Shown piece by piece: positions 8,819-18,587 of a stretch of 48,061 nt of DNA. The translations under genes and the position numbers were made by a program. Every line of letters starts with the position of its first letter. The stretch's first letter is position 1. This DNA comes from a virus. Its lineage: Duplodnaviria; Heunggongvirae; Uroviricota; Caudoviricetes. The stretch lies in IMG/VR virus record IMGVR_UViG_3300001199_000002, positions 1 through 48,061 of that record. One strand, written 5' to 3'. A model generated the notes under the pieces. It was not told the DNA's origin, made no database searches, and saw only the letters and a program-made list of their open reading frames with translations.

Positions 8819-9112
8819 ATGGTGTCGTATCCTTAATTTGGAAGTAATCGAATATCTATTTAGATTGATACACTAAACAGAAACGCGCCCATTTAGAGCG
8901 CGTTTCATTCAACAGACGTGTTTACACGCCTGAGGAGATATGGATCACCGTCCTTATCGCGTATACCCCGTATTCGGGTTCTGGTCCACAGCGAGCGAGG
9001 GAAGAGAATTTGGAATCATACGGCTTATCTCCTTTGCAGTGGTTTCTGAAAACGCGGAGGTCTCAAGACCTACCATATAAGTATGGTTCACTAACGTCTA
9101 GTTGTTCTTATT

Positions 9113-9511
9113 TTATGGCAAATCCATTCTTTGGAATGAAGGATTCTCCCAATCAGGACTATCCGTAGTGTAGTAGACACGCTTTATGCCTATGCTAAGG
9201 ATAAAACTATGACACGCCTTGCATGGCTTTGCCATACCAACCTTCCGGTCTCGTCGTGCGCGCACAACAATCAACTCTGCTCCATCTAGCTGCTCTGGTG
9301 TACAACGAATAATCGCATCCATCTCGGCATGAAGCTGTTTCATCTTCGTCTTTGCCAAGGGATGAGTTTTTGGGTTGTTGTAACCGACTGACAATACCCT
9401 CTTCTTCTTTACAACTAGCGCACAAAGCTGATAGTAGCACTCCTTATCTCGATGTGCCGCTGAGGCTAGGTCGAGCCCGGCTTTTACAAACTTTGTGTAT
9501 CTAGATGTCAT
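9113..9511 (-). CDS. Cytidine/dCMP deaminase-family protein
   Basis: GYN...LHAEMDAI...AKPCKAC zinc motifs; ATG overlaps stop of upstream gene. Confidence 0.8.
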   Translation of the reverse strand: MTSRYTKFVKAGLDLASAAHRDKECYYQLCALVVKKKRVLSVGYNNPKTHPLAKTKMKQLHAEMDAIIRCTPEQLDGAELIVVRARRDRKVGMAKPCKACHSFILSIGIKRVYYTTDSPDWENPSFQRMDLP

Positions 9512-10776
9512 TCGAACTTTGCCAGATCGTAAGTCTTGCACGTAGACGGAATGCAGCTAGTACAGTTAGTCGAAAGGAACCAGTGCCAACGTTCGGCAAA
9601 CTCAGGTTGCACATTGTCACCATAGCCATCCGTCACCAGGAAGACAACAGAAGGATATAGCGTACCCTTCTCAGTCTTTATCAAGTGCTGAATGTGTTGC
9701 TCGATGCAAGTAAAGCTCGTGCCGCCGAAACCGTAGAGCTTACCACTCTTCAATGTGGTCTCATAGACACGAGTATCGAAGCAGAACATGCGCACGCGGA
9801 ACTTATCTTCCGGGATCGAAGCTGCCGCCTTGAAAAAACGCTCAGCAAGATGCACGCACGAGCCACTAGTGTCCTGAAAGAACCATACATCGATTCGATC
9901 GCGATACAGAATCGTTTCTTCGACTTCGTTTGGAAGCATCAGTTCGGTCGTCATAGCAGATAGACGACGATTAGGATGAGCCCACTGTTCGATGGTCACA
10001 TCCTTTTCCTTAGCCAAACGACCAAGGACATTTTTGACTACAGTTTCCCACTTCTTCTTCTTAACAACGCGACCAAGAGCGATGATACGCTTCATGGTTC
10101 CAGCAGTCGATCCTGGATTCTGACCAGCTTGTTCAGTTTCCTTGTTGTTAACCTTGTCGCCGATATCTTGGAAGTCTTCCAGTTCTTCCTGCGAAAGCTT
10201 CCTTGCAATCTCGCTGAGGATTTTCTCAGTCAGTTCATCGAGTTGTTCATGGCTGTCAACAGTTTGAGGCTCGCCATGACCACTCTGGGACTTGTCCTTA
10301 TCCTGCTGTGGTTGCTGCTGTTGCTTTTTGAGCAACAACTGGTAGTAGTACTCAAAGCACTGATTGGGTAGAACAGTCTTATCGTCTGGGAAAACCGTAT
10401 CAATCCAGCAATACTTATCCCAATCTTGGATCTTATCACGATTAAAGCCAAAGCCATCGCAAAGGAAGTGATTCACTACGATATCCGCTGCGATGTTTGC
10501 GAGCTTCTTATCCATGTGGCGCATACGCCGACCATGTTCGAAGTAGACGTGAGCGCATTCATGCGCAATGATAAACGTCTTCTTGTAGAGATCGCAATCA
10601 GCCCAGAACTTAGGATTGATCTTGAACTGAATACCCGCACCACTCGTGCGATCAAAAGAGATGCACGCGGTCGGAATCTTCTCGTCTTCAACGAGAGAAC
10701 CAACAGACCAAAACCTTCCAAAGAGAGCATGATGCTGCTCAAGCTCTCTCAGGATTTGAAGGTATTCCTTTTTCAT
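9508..10776 (-). CDS. DUF2201-type metallopeptidase + vWA-like protein
   Basis: AHECAH (HExxH), ANIAADIVVN, C-terminal QDTSGS...GGTSF...VTDG MIDAS. Confidence 0.8.
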   Translation of the reverse strand: MKKEYLQILRELEQHHALFGRFWSVGSLVEDEKIPTACISFDRTSGAGIQFKINPKFWADCDLYKKTFIIAHECAHVYFEHGRRMRHMDKKLANIAADIVVNHFLCDGFGFNRDKIQDWDKYCWIDTVFPDDKTVLPNQCFEYYYQLLLKKQQQQPQQDKDKSQSGHGEPQTVDSHEQLDELTEKILSEIARKLSQEELEDFQDIGDKVNNKETEQAGQNPGSTAGTMKRIIALGRVVKKKKWETVVKNVLGRLAKEKDVTIEQWAHPNRRLSAMTTELMLPNEVEETILYRDRIDVWFFQDTSGSCVHLAERFFKAAASIPEDKFRVRMFCFDTRVYETTLKSGKLYGFGGTSFTCIEQHIQHLIKTEKGTLYPSVVFLVTDGYGDNVQPEFAERWHWFLSTNCTSCIPSTCKTYDLAKFE

Positions 10777-10832
10777 ACACCCTAGTATACCACATAGAAC
10801 GTGGTTGTCAAGCTTCCGGGCAGAAAAGTAGA

Positions 10833-12143
10833 TTACTCGCCAGCGTCTTGACCAGTTTCCACCATTCGATGGAGCATTTCCTTCAACGCCTGTTCACGAG
10901 TAAGACTTCCAGCACTAATACGATCCTGTTGAGGCTTCGTAACACGGAAGCGACGACCATTCGTCAGTCGTTCGAAGTTATCGACAGTCAGATCACCGAC
11001 ACGAACCTTAACCTTATTGAGGATAACGTATTCGTCATCGATATTCTTCTTACCAAGATTACTCAGACCATGCAGCTTTTCCATCATCTTGGCAGAAGTG
11101 CTGAGCGCGTCACGTTCGGTGCGCTGCTTACGAAGCCTCTGTGCTTCGAATCCCTTCTTAAGGGCGTCGGGATAGCTTGCAGCATTATTCAGAATATGAT
11201 CTCCAAGAGAGTCGAACATATCCGCATTGTTGGAAACAAAAGCAACCAACTTAGCGTTGTTTACGCCACTACGAGGCGTCAGTTCCTTCAACAAGACCTC
11301 AGTTGGAACATACTTCGCGAGAGATTGAAGGAATCTCTGTTCCGTGAAAATCGTGTGTTGGACATGCTTAAGGTTGTTGCCATCCATAAGATGGCGTTGA
11401 ACCTCAGCGGGTGTCTTCTTGACCAGATCATTACAGACTTCAAGAGGATCTCCCTTAGACATCGTAGAAACGAAATTGCTAACGTTTGCACGAGCATCAA
11501 GGACATTTCGAGGATCGCCACCGCTATTCAGCACTTGAAGTGCATACTCCAATCGTCGCGGACTGACATACCCCTTCACCTTCTCTTCGAGGCCGAGCCA
11601 CCACTTAACTGCACGCTCGCCTTGTGTGCCAAAGGTGCGCTTGAACCAAGCTGCATTAGGCTCGTTTGGTACGTCAACGTGGATCTGAAAACGATCGATT
11701 TGCGCAGGATCAAGCTTCTCAACGTCGTAAGTGCCATCTTCGTCATCAGGATTGATGGCAGCCCAAACAATCTTGAGATTGTTGAACTTCTTACCGTTGA
11801 TGCTTTTGAACTGGATGAGTTCCATTACCGCATTGCGGATCTTCTTGTGAGCGCGATTCAACTCATCGAAGAAGATAGCTTCAACTTCGTCCGCAGCCAA
11901 ATCGCGTGGACGAACCAAGTCGAGATAGACATTACCCTTCTCGTCAGTCTTTTCCTTAGGGACTCCGATGAAGTCAACCCACGGGTCCATCGTAGATGCA
12001 GAGTAATACTTCCACTTGAGGCCAGCAGCATCAAAAGCTGCCTTAACCATTGCGGTCTTGCCAACACCATGAGCACCCTTCAAAAGGATGTTCATCTTGT
12101 TTTCAACGGCATGCGCAAGGATGTGATCGATGTTCTTGGTCAT
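10833..12143 (-). CDS. MoxR-like AAA+ ATPase
   Basis: Walker A GAHGVGKT, Walker B IFFDELNRA, AAINP, LDPAQIDRF; adjacent to vWA gene. Confidence 0.85.
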   Translation of the reverse strand: MTKNIDHILAHAVENKMNILLKGAHGVGKTAMVKAAFDAAGLKWKYYSASTMDPWVDFIGVPKEKTDEKGNVYLDLVRPRDLAADEVEAIFFDELNRAHKKIRNAVMELIQFKSINGKKFNNLKIVWAAINPDDEDGTYDVEKLDPAQIDRFQIHVDVPNEPNAAWFKRTFGTQGERAVKWWLGLEEKVKGYVSPRRLEYALQVLNSGGDPRNVLDARANVSNFVSTMSKGDPLEVCNDLVKKTPAEVQRHLMDGNNLKHVQHTIFTEQRFLQSLAKYVPTEVLLKELTPRSGVNNAKLVAFVSNNADMFDSLGDHILNNAASYPDALKKGFEAQRLRKQRTERDALSTSAKMMEKLHGLSNLGKKNIDDEYVILNKVKVRVGDLTVDNFERLTNGRRFRVTKPQQDRISAGSLTREQALKEMLHRMVETGQDAGE

Positions 12144-12219
12144 TTGAGTGTTTGGAGTTCTCGTTCGCCAATACTATACCATGTGGTAGTCGGCTTGTCA
12201 AGCTTTCAGGAAGAAAAAA

Positions 12220-12340
12220 TGGCCAGGAGAGGATTCGAACCTCTATCCGTTACGGTTGGTATCGCACCAACATCATACCCGCTATGGAGTACGCGCAATC
12301 TTTCACGCCTCGTATGTTTTTCCGATTAAACTACCCAGCC
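12220..12340 (-). ncRNA. tRNA-like RNA with greatly expanded anticodon region
   Basis: GGCTGGG/CCTGGCC-A acceptor, TAGTTTAATCGGAAAAAC D arm, AGAGG-TTCGAAT-CCTCT T arm, ~70 nt between D and T arms. Confidence 0.6.
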
Positions 12341-12377
12341 GGGTGTGCGGTCGCGCCGAGCGGATATGGTGTTTCGC

Positions 12378-13016
12378 TCATGGATGCGTGTATGGAGTGT
12401 AGATCCTATTCTGTGGATGAATTACATCTGTCTCTGTGACGCGAACTAGCAGTCGGAGTTCGTCACCCTCTGATTGTGCGCCACGATGGAAGAAGGTATC
12501 ATCATATGTGACGAAATGACAATTCGGGATTGTAAAAATCGAAAGAATCATGTCGTCGAGTAGAGCACCAAGCTTCTTGCTGCGTTCTGCGAATGTCCAA
12601 CTAGGATCAATAGGAATATCCAGCGGTGAGTCAAGAAACTGCGTGCGGCAGAACATACTACCTACGAACAAATGGTGCAACTCTGGCTTCTTTTCAATGC
12701 CTTCTGGATTCATTGATCCATCTAGATGCCATCCTGGCAAGCAGGTATGTTGTCCCTTCTTTAGGTCATGCATCTTGACATCCACTAGTACGCGCCTATG
12801 CTTATTCTCAATCGGTGCATGCCTAAGGATTTGTCGCACCAAGTCGCTTTGGCACATATCCATAACGTAATCGTAATCGGCATACTTAAAGGATACAATT
12901 CTCCTTAGAGTATCGTTTAGAAGTCCGCTAGGATCATTCCCCAATGCTGACCACAGGGGATTATCATCCGTGGGGATTTCTAGTCCGATGATTGGTCTGG
13001 TGCGATTGAACAACAT
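12378..13016 (-). CDS. Putative 2OG-Fe(II) dioxygenase-like protein
   Basis: PGWHLDG (HxD), distal FHRG and RLLVR. Confidence 0.6.
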   Translation of the reverse strand: MLFNRTRPIIGLEIPTDDNPLWSALGNDPSGLLNDTLRRIVSFKYADYDYVMDMCQSDLVRQILRHAPIENKHRRVLVDVKMHDLKKGQHTCLPGWHLDGSMNPEGIEKKPELHHLFVGSMFCRTQFLDSPLDIPIDPSWTFAERSKKLGALLDDMILSIFTIPNCHFVTYDDTFFHRGAQSEGDELRLLVRVTETDVIHPQNRIYTPYTHP

Positions 13017-13017
13017 C

Positions 13018-13567
13018 TTAGTCGTGTTCGAAGGTGTCGATGATTGTATCGAACTCTACCCCACCACCAATTGAACCTGGTTTGCGCACGAACATCCATG
13101 ACGTTCCATTGGCGTCATTATCCCAAATCTCAAACTCGTTCGAGTATGAGTACAGGAGGCTACAAGCTTCATGTAGTTCTTGATAGCCTGGAGTTTCCTT
13201 TGCAGTTTTCCAACCAGGAGGTTTACGCGAGAGCAGCTTGGCATATTGTGTATTCGCCAAATCATTGGTGTTTACTTCACCATCATCATATTCAGTCATC
13301 TTGATTGACCGCATCTCTTTCTGAAGTCTGTTGTAGGAACACTCACCAAGCCAATCAGCCTGAGTGTTGATACCCCCACTTGCATGGTTCACCATCGTTG
13401 AAGTTAGGAGCATATCCCTCTACAACGAGGATGTTGACAGTTGGATTTTCCTCAAAGATAGCCACTACAGCTTCTTCGATCTTAGATCGAACCTGACGAA
13501 TAAGTTCGCTCTTGTCAATCTTGTCATTAACACCACGAACTTCCAACAACTTCTTCACCTTACTCAT
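13018..13567 (-). pseudogene. Phage hypothetical gene apparently split by a frameshift in a G5 run
   Basis: ORF 13355-13567 ends shortly after GYAPNFNDGEPC; overlapping ORF 13018-13413 continues in another frame; junction TGGGGGT at 13373-13377. Confidence 0.45.
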
Positions 13568-14165
13568 CTTCAGACTCCTTTGGATTGCACTCTTCTACCA
13601 TCACTTCGACAGTAGGAAGATTATGAAATGGATAGACAGCAATTAGCTTGACTGTTGCATACTCATTACTTCTATCCTCGTTAAGTGGAACGCCCGCAAA
13701 CACTCCATTTGGAGCGAGTGGATCTTTGTTAAAGCCCTTGTAAACCTCAAGGACGTTACGATCCAGATCGACCACATATGCCCATTCACAGAAGAGACTA
13801 TCGTGCGCAAACTCACGGTCATCTCTCAAATCTACTGGGCCTTGCGTCTCGACGAGAATACCTAGGATAGCACGACCCACATTACGATCAAGCTGCCAGA
13901 AGTCTCGCTGATACATTTGCTCCTCTACGCTTCCACAGCGGATAGAATCACCAATGCCGACAGCAGCAAGTCGTTGATCCCATTCTTCGCCAGATACGAA
14001 CCGAATCTCATCTACACGGCTTCGCAGCTTATCGATATTGCCAGGAGTATTCAGGAATTGGAGAATGTCACGACCAGCAGCTTCGGGATATCCATCCCAC
14101 TGCCCATATTGGGCGATACGAAAATCTCCGCCCTTGATGACACACGTTAGATTGCGAGTACCCAT
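13560..14165 (-). CDS. Phage hypothetical protein (MGTR...YGQWDGYP...EWAYVVDL type)
   Basis: Recognisable motif pattern; tightly coupled to neighbours. Confidence 0.65.
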   Translation of the reverse strand: MGTRNLTCVIKGGDFRIAQYGQWDGYPEAAGRDILQFLNTPGNIDKLRSRVDEIRFVSGEEWDQRLAAVGIGDSIRCGSVEEQMYQRDFWQLDRNVGRAILGILVETQGPVDLRDDREFAHDSLFCEWAYVVDLDRNVLEVYKGFNKDPLAPNGVFAGVPLNEDRSNEYATVKLIAVYPFHNLPTVEVMVEECNPKESEDE

Positions 14166-14166
14166 A

Positions 14167-14391
14167 TCAGCGATTGATCCTTACCTTGTAGTGACGATTA
14201 CCAGCAAGCCATGCGAAGAACGCGATGACAATAAGAACGAAGATGATGAAAGCGAGTGGAATCCAGATGGGTGCAAAAACCCACCACCAACTCCAATCGA
14301 TATGTCCGGTCAGTTTGAGACCGAGGAACAAAAGAAAGAGAGCACCGCCCATGCCGATGCCACCACTCGCTGACGAAGATTGATTGCTCAT
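14167..14391 (-). CDS. Small two-TM membrane protein
   Basis: GGIG...LFLGLKLTGHIDWSWWWVFAPIW motif, hydrophobic. Confidence 0.65.
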   Translation of the reverse strand: MSNQSSSASGGIGMGGALFLLFLGLKLTGHIDWSWWWVFAPIWIPLAFIIFVLIVIAFFAWLAGNRHYKVRINR

Positions 14392-14404
14392 GTCTTATTG
14401 TATC

Positions 14405-14854
14405 TCAAATAGATGGATTGTCAACTCTTTTTGCATCAAACTCTGATCCATCTCTAAGAGCTTGAGCAAGTTCACCGTGACAATTAACAGCATAAACACG
14501 CCAACCATCTCGGTAGTTGTAAGCACGAGCCTTACCATATTCCTCAGCTTCTTGGCGAGTAAGGAACACGCGGTCAGTTTCCCAGGTTTCGATTGCGCAT
14601 TCGACATCCCAATCTCCATAAGAGTGCTTGTTTAGCTCTTCATTGGTTAATGTCTCAGCATAATCGCCATCTTCAGTCATAATGGGATTCCCATCATCAT
14701 CTACGGATGCAACTATGCCATCGTCAAAGAAGTCATATCCCTCTGGGACACCAGTGACAATCCATTTACGACGTTGAAACAAAAAGATAGGCGAAGAGGT
14801 AGCTTCATCAAGCGCGCTTTTATCACGAGTGATGAATTGAGACTTAAAAGTCAT
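14405..14854 (-). CDS. Hypothetical protein
   Basis: 149-aa ORF, ATGA-coupled to CCA enzyme stop. Confidence 0.6.
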   Translation of the reverse strand: MTFKSQFITRDKSALDEATSSPIFLFQRRKWIVTGVPEGYDFFDDGIVASVDDDGNPIMTEDGDYAETLTNEELNKHSYGDWDVECAIETWETDRVFLTRQEAEEYGKARAYNYRDGWRVYAVNCHGELAQALRDGSEFDAKRVDNPSI

Positions 14855-16206
14855 TGATTACTCCTAAACCAAGAGATTGCACTATCGAGTGTATCGAAGG
14901 CTCCATCTAGTTGTGCTTCAAACGCCTTATCTAGAACCTTCCCCATATCCGCACCCGGCTTAACACCAAGTTGGATAAGATCCCGCCCCCTAAGGATAGG
15001 CTGTGGCTGCTCAGATTGCACACCCAATCTAGCTGCCGCATCCAACCACGGAAGGAAAGGATTGCCCTTTGGAAGGGGGCTACGACCACTGTGGTCTGCC
15101 TCAATTAGGCGCGAAAGCATGCTGATGTTGCTAGGACGTAGCCGAAGAGCCAGACGCTTAACTGCACGGTCTGTTGGCTGCGCACCAGCATGAACAAGAT
15201 GCGCCATTACCAAAGGCTTAACTTGGTCGATTAGCCACTTAGGCGCACCGATCCGGTTCAAGAAGCTTTCGGCAATAGCTACACCCTCTTCGCAATGTCC
15301 CTTAGCACGCCAACGCCCACCTTCCATCTTGGTGGTTTGAGGCTTAGCCATATCGTGGCATAGCGCGGCAAAGAACAGTACCATCCTACTATCGTTATCT
15401 AGTTGCTCTCTGATTGCGATATCGATCGCTTCTTGGACAACCATAATAGTATGAGTCCAAACCTCACCTTCGGGATGCCACTCGGGATCTTGTGGTACAC
15501 CAATCATCGCGTCAAGCTCAGGGAAGTGCTTGATCCACTCAGTCTCAGTAAGCACCAAAAAGCCATAGAATGCACTACGACCCTTGGTTGCAAACTTCTT
15601 CCACTCTTCCCAGATGCGCTCCTTGGGAAGGAACTCGAACTCACTATGCATAGCACGAGCCATATCCATAGTAGTGCGATCTGCAATCGGACCAGAAAAA
15701 CGTGCAGCGAATTGCATTGCGCGCAGAACACGCAACGCATCTTCCTGAAAAGCCTTTGAAGTAGCACGAAGAACTGGCATCGTAAGATCACGACGACCAT
15801 TGAACGGATCAACGATGGTGCCGTCCTCGCGCATTGCCATCGAGTTGATGGTAAAGTCGCGCCGGGCAGCAGCATCCTCAATCGTCATGTTGGGATCGGG
15901 ATCAATCTTGAAGTCACGATGACCCATACCGATCTTACTCTCACGACGCGGAACACTAACATCCAGTTCGTTGTCGATCTTGATTACGCCGAAGCTCTTG
16001 CCGACGACATCTAGACGAAAGTGTGGTGCGAGTGTGGCAATGATAGCGTCTACGGGCATACCGTAGACTTCGATATCCACGTCCTTGCTCGGGATGCCCA
16101 ACAGGCTATCGCGAACGAACCCGCCGACGATAAGCACATCGCGCGCACCAGCGGCACGCAGCAGCGCCATGATGCTCAGGGCCTTGGTAGGGATCTCGTT
16201 TGTCAT
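14851..16206 (-). CDS. cca: CCA tRNA nucleotidyltransferase with HD domain
   Basis: VGGFVRD...DVDIE, RRDFTINSM, EDALRVLRAMQFAARF, ERIWEE, WHPEG, LCHDMAK; start at ATG 16206 directly after TTGACA...TATACT promoter. Confidence 0.9.
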   Translation of the reverse strand: MTNEIPTKALSIMALLRAAGARDVLIVGGFVRDSLLGIPSKDVDIEVYGMPVDAIIATLAPHFRLDVVGKSFGVIKIDNELDVSVPRRESKIGMGHRDFKIDPDPNMTIEDAAARRDFTINSMAMREDGTIVDPFNGRRDLTMPVLRATSKAFQEDALRVLRAMQFAARFSGPIADRTTMDMARAMHSEFEFLPKERIWEEWKKFATKGRSAFYGFLVLTETEWIKHFPELDAMIGVPQDPEWHPEGEVWTHTIMVVQEAIDIAIREQLDNDSRMVLFFAALCHDMAKPQTTKMEGGRWRAKGHCEEGVAIAESFLNRIGAPKWLIDQVKPLVMAHLVHAGAQPTDRAVKRLALRLRPSNISMLSRLIEADHSGRSPLPKGNPFLPWLDAAARLGVQSEQPQPILRGRDLIQLGVKPGADMGKVLDKAFEAQLDGAFDTLDSAISWFRSNQ

Positions 16207-16389
16207 GACGTAGTATACCTCACTACATCTAGATGTCAAGCTGGTTTTGCGATCTTGACGTATGTAGCTACAGCCTTAGTTCCTTTACGATCGACTTTAA
16301 CAAATCGATATCCTTCTGGTACACAACCAAGAACCATTCCTGCGATACCAGTATACTCGTCTACTGTAAACGTTAGCGTAATCGTTTCG

Positions 16390-16884
16390 TTATCGTCCAT
16401 AGTCATCCTGAAAACGTTCAATGTCATCTTCGCCGAAGTAAGTGCCAGTCTGAACTTCGATGAATGTAGTATCTACGCCCACAGCCTTAGCTCGATGCAC
16501 AACTCCCCGTGGAATAACAGCGATCTGCCCAGGATCAAGCGTCACCGTACATTGCGCATTCTTCTGAGATGGAACGATCTGTAGCACGGAGCATCGGAAT
16601 ACTTCGAGCTTACCCTTAACACAAATCCAAGTTTCACTACGCTTTTGGTGTCGCTGCAAGCTAATGCGCTGCCCAGCCTTGATCGTAATGGTCTTTACCT
16701 TATGATCTGGTGCGTCAACCAATACGGTGTAAGAACCCCATGGACGAACATCACGTCCCTCGTGTTCGCAAGACTCACACCTATGACTCTGTGGAACCTT
16801 ACCTGTCATCACTGTGCATTCAGCTTCATTGCTGTATTTGCAACCGTGCTTATCGCAACAGTGTTCTGTATGAACGTCTTTCAT
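16390..16884 (-). CDS. Cupin, type II mannose-6-phosphate isomerase-like, with Cys-rich N-terminus
   Basis: RPWGSY...SLQRHQKRSETW...HRA...IEVQTGTYFGEDDIERFQDDYGR. Confidence 0.85.
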   Translation of the reverse strand: MKDVHTEHCCDKHGCKYSNEAECTVMTGKVPQSHRCESCEHEGRDVRPWGSYTVLVDAPDHKVKTITIKAGQRISLQRHQKRSETWICVKGKLEVFRCSVLQIVPSQKNAQCTVTLDPGQIAVIPRGVVHRAKAVGVDTTFIEVQTGTYFGEDDIERFQDDYGR

Positions 16885-17031
16885 TTTACCTCAACGATCC
16901 ACTTTGTGTGGATAACAACTAGCTGTCCTGATTCTAGACGTAGCGTCAGAAATGGTTGTTTGCAGAACTGCTCTGTATGCAGGATGGCAAACTTGCCATC
17001 ACAAAAAGACAGTGCTCAGGGTTGCTGAACC

Positions 17032-17637
17032 TCAGGCGGGATCTGAATCTTCATCTTCGTCATCGACGTGAGTCCTACCACTAGTGTCTACAACCAACTT
17101 GCCGTTGATGAAAGCATCGCCACCTTCGTAAGTCAGCACACCATCGAGTTCGATGACAGTGCCAAGGTCTCGACGCATATTGTGCGAGTTGTCATCCCAT
17201 GGGATGAACGCAAACAAACCAGCATCTACACCGAATCCACCAACTTCAAAGCCGGTGCTTGGATTGAAGACGGGATAACCACCGTCTCCATGTGCGGTAG
17301 ACATCACAGGAATCCGCTTACCATCAATCTCAAACAGAGTGATGATAGCGCGACGACTTTCATTGTAGCGCCTCTCAACTTCACGCAATCGTTCTTCGAA
17401 CACCTTATTAGCGTCGAGCATTGCTTGAAGTGCCTCTTTTGGATCTGCAATCTTTTCGATTGCATTGTAGTCAATTGGTGGGATCGCCTTCCGGGATACA
17501 CCAGCTACGTGCTCTTCGTTAGCGAACAGCAGATTGCAAAACTTGGTCCAGTCACTATCACCATAGATGTAACACGGATCGGTGATGAGATATCGTCCCT
17601 TAAGAACGATCGGTTCGTTTGTCTGAATGACTTGCAT
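17032..17637 (-). CDS. Phage hypothetical protein (ITDPCY...TAHGDGGY...VDAG type)
   Basis: Motif pattern; operon context. Confidence 0.6.
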   Translation of the reverse strand: MQVIQTNEPIVLKGRYLITDPCYIYGDSDWTKFCNLLFANEEHVAGVSRKAIPPIDYNAIEKIADPKEALQAMLDANKVFEERLREVERRYNESRRAIITLFEIDGKRIPVMSTAHGDGGYPVFNPSTGFEVGGFGVDAGLFAFIPWDDNSHNMRRDLGTVIELDGVLTYEGGDAFINGKLVVDTSGRTHVDDEDEDSDPA

Positions 17638-17639
17638 GT

Positions 17640-17966
17640 TTACTTTCCCAAGAGTCGGTAGATGGATTGAATACCACGCTCCATATTCTGCCGACCTACA
17701 GGATTGGCAGAATGGATACGCATTTCCAGCTTTGGTTTGAACTCGTATTGAGTAGCAACCATTCGCTCGATTTGATTCACAAGATCATTGCCAGTCGGCA
17801 CGTTGTCGCCCAAGTCATGATCGAGACTCAGGACGATATCGTCACTGCGGCAATACCACGCTTCGATGAGCAGACGCATTGCACTTTCGATGTCTTGAAC
17901 AAGAGTCCATTCGTTCCCATCATTAGGTGGGGTGCGAATATCATCGAGAAAGATGTAAGTAGTCAT
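17640..17966 (-). CDS. Cyclic-phosphate-processing receiver domain protein
   Basis: IFLDDIRTPP...SLDHDLG...IHSANPVGRQNM signature. Confidence 0.75.
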   Translation of the reverse strand: MTTYIFLDDIRTPPNDGNEWTLVQDIESAMRLLIEAWYCRSDDIVLSLDHDLGDNVPTGNDLVNQIERMVATQYEFKPKLEMRIHSANPVGRQNMERGIQSIYRLLGK

Positions 17967-18229
17967 TTCTTTTCTCTTGCCTTAACCGCTCGAATGTGGC
18001 TAAGTGTGTTGTTACGTGCGCCACGTAGGCTTATCACAGCACGCACACTATTGTATACCATAAGTGGGAGTGTGTCAAGTGAAATCGCATAAACGACCCA
18101 CACAAGATTACCCACAAAGAACAGTATCCAACCCCACATCACGATCTTGCGATGGTATGCAGTCGCTAGTAGATTGCCAACTAGCGAGATAGTGCAGGCG
18201 AACCAACCAACTAGATCATGCGGCGTCAT
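17963..18229 (-). CDS. Small membrane protein (PnuC/PQ-loop-like)
   Basis: Three hydrophobic helices, GWILFFVGNLVWVVY. Confidence 0.5.
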   Translation of the reverse strand: MTPHDLVGWFACTISLVGNLLATAYHRKIVMWGWILFFVGNLVWVVYAISLDTLPLMVYNSVRAVISLRGARNNTLSHIRAVKAREKK

Positions 18230-18587
18230 ATGCCTTAACTACTCCACCATTGATTGTGACGTATGATGCAGTCGTAACAGTGGTGAGACTCGTTTCGAGA
18301 ACGAATGTATCCCACTTATAGGGATTGAACTTCACAATCCCAGCACTACGTTGAGCCTTGCAAGTGCCACAGTCTTCGTTTACGTGCCAGGACATCAACT
18401 CGCCCTCGACGAATGCCACAACAGATTTTCGTTTGTTACGACGAATGCGCTCGACACCAGACTTAGACACAATGAACTTTACATCCTTGAGGCTAACGCC
18501 TTCACTGTGCCCAATCACTCGTCTAGTTGTCTTGTCCATTACGGACAAACACTTCTTACGAAGATTGAAGTAGACTCGGACTCTCAT
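18216..18587 (-). CDS. Phage hypothetical protein
   Basis: MRVRVYFNL...F.VS..G..R...K.V.AFV.G...FNPYK pattern. Confidence 0.6.
   Translation of the reverse strand: MRVRVYFNLRKKCLSVMDKTTRRVIGHSEGVSLKDVKFIVSKSGVERIRRNKRKSVVAFVEGELMSWHVNEDCGTCKAQRSAGIVKFNPYKWDTFVLETSLTTVTTASYVTINGGVVKAYDAA

Noticed and set aside
10848-12329. 493-aa plus-strand ORF
   Set aside because: Antisense shadow of the MoxR ATPase; no motifs or RBS. The same applies to 19475-20248, 17068-17661 and 32335-33048.
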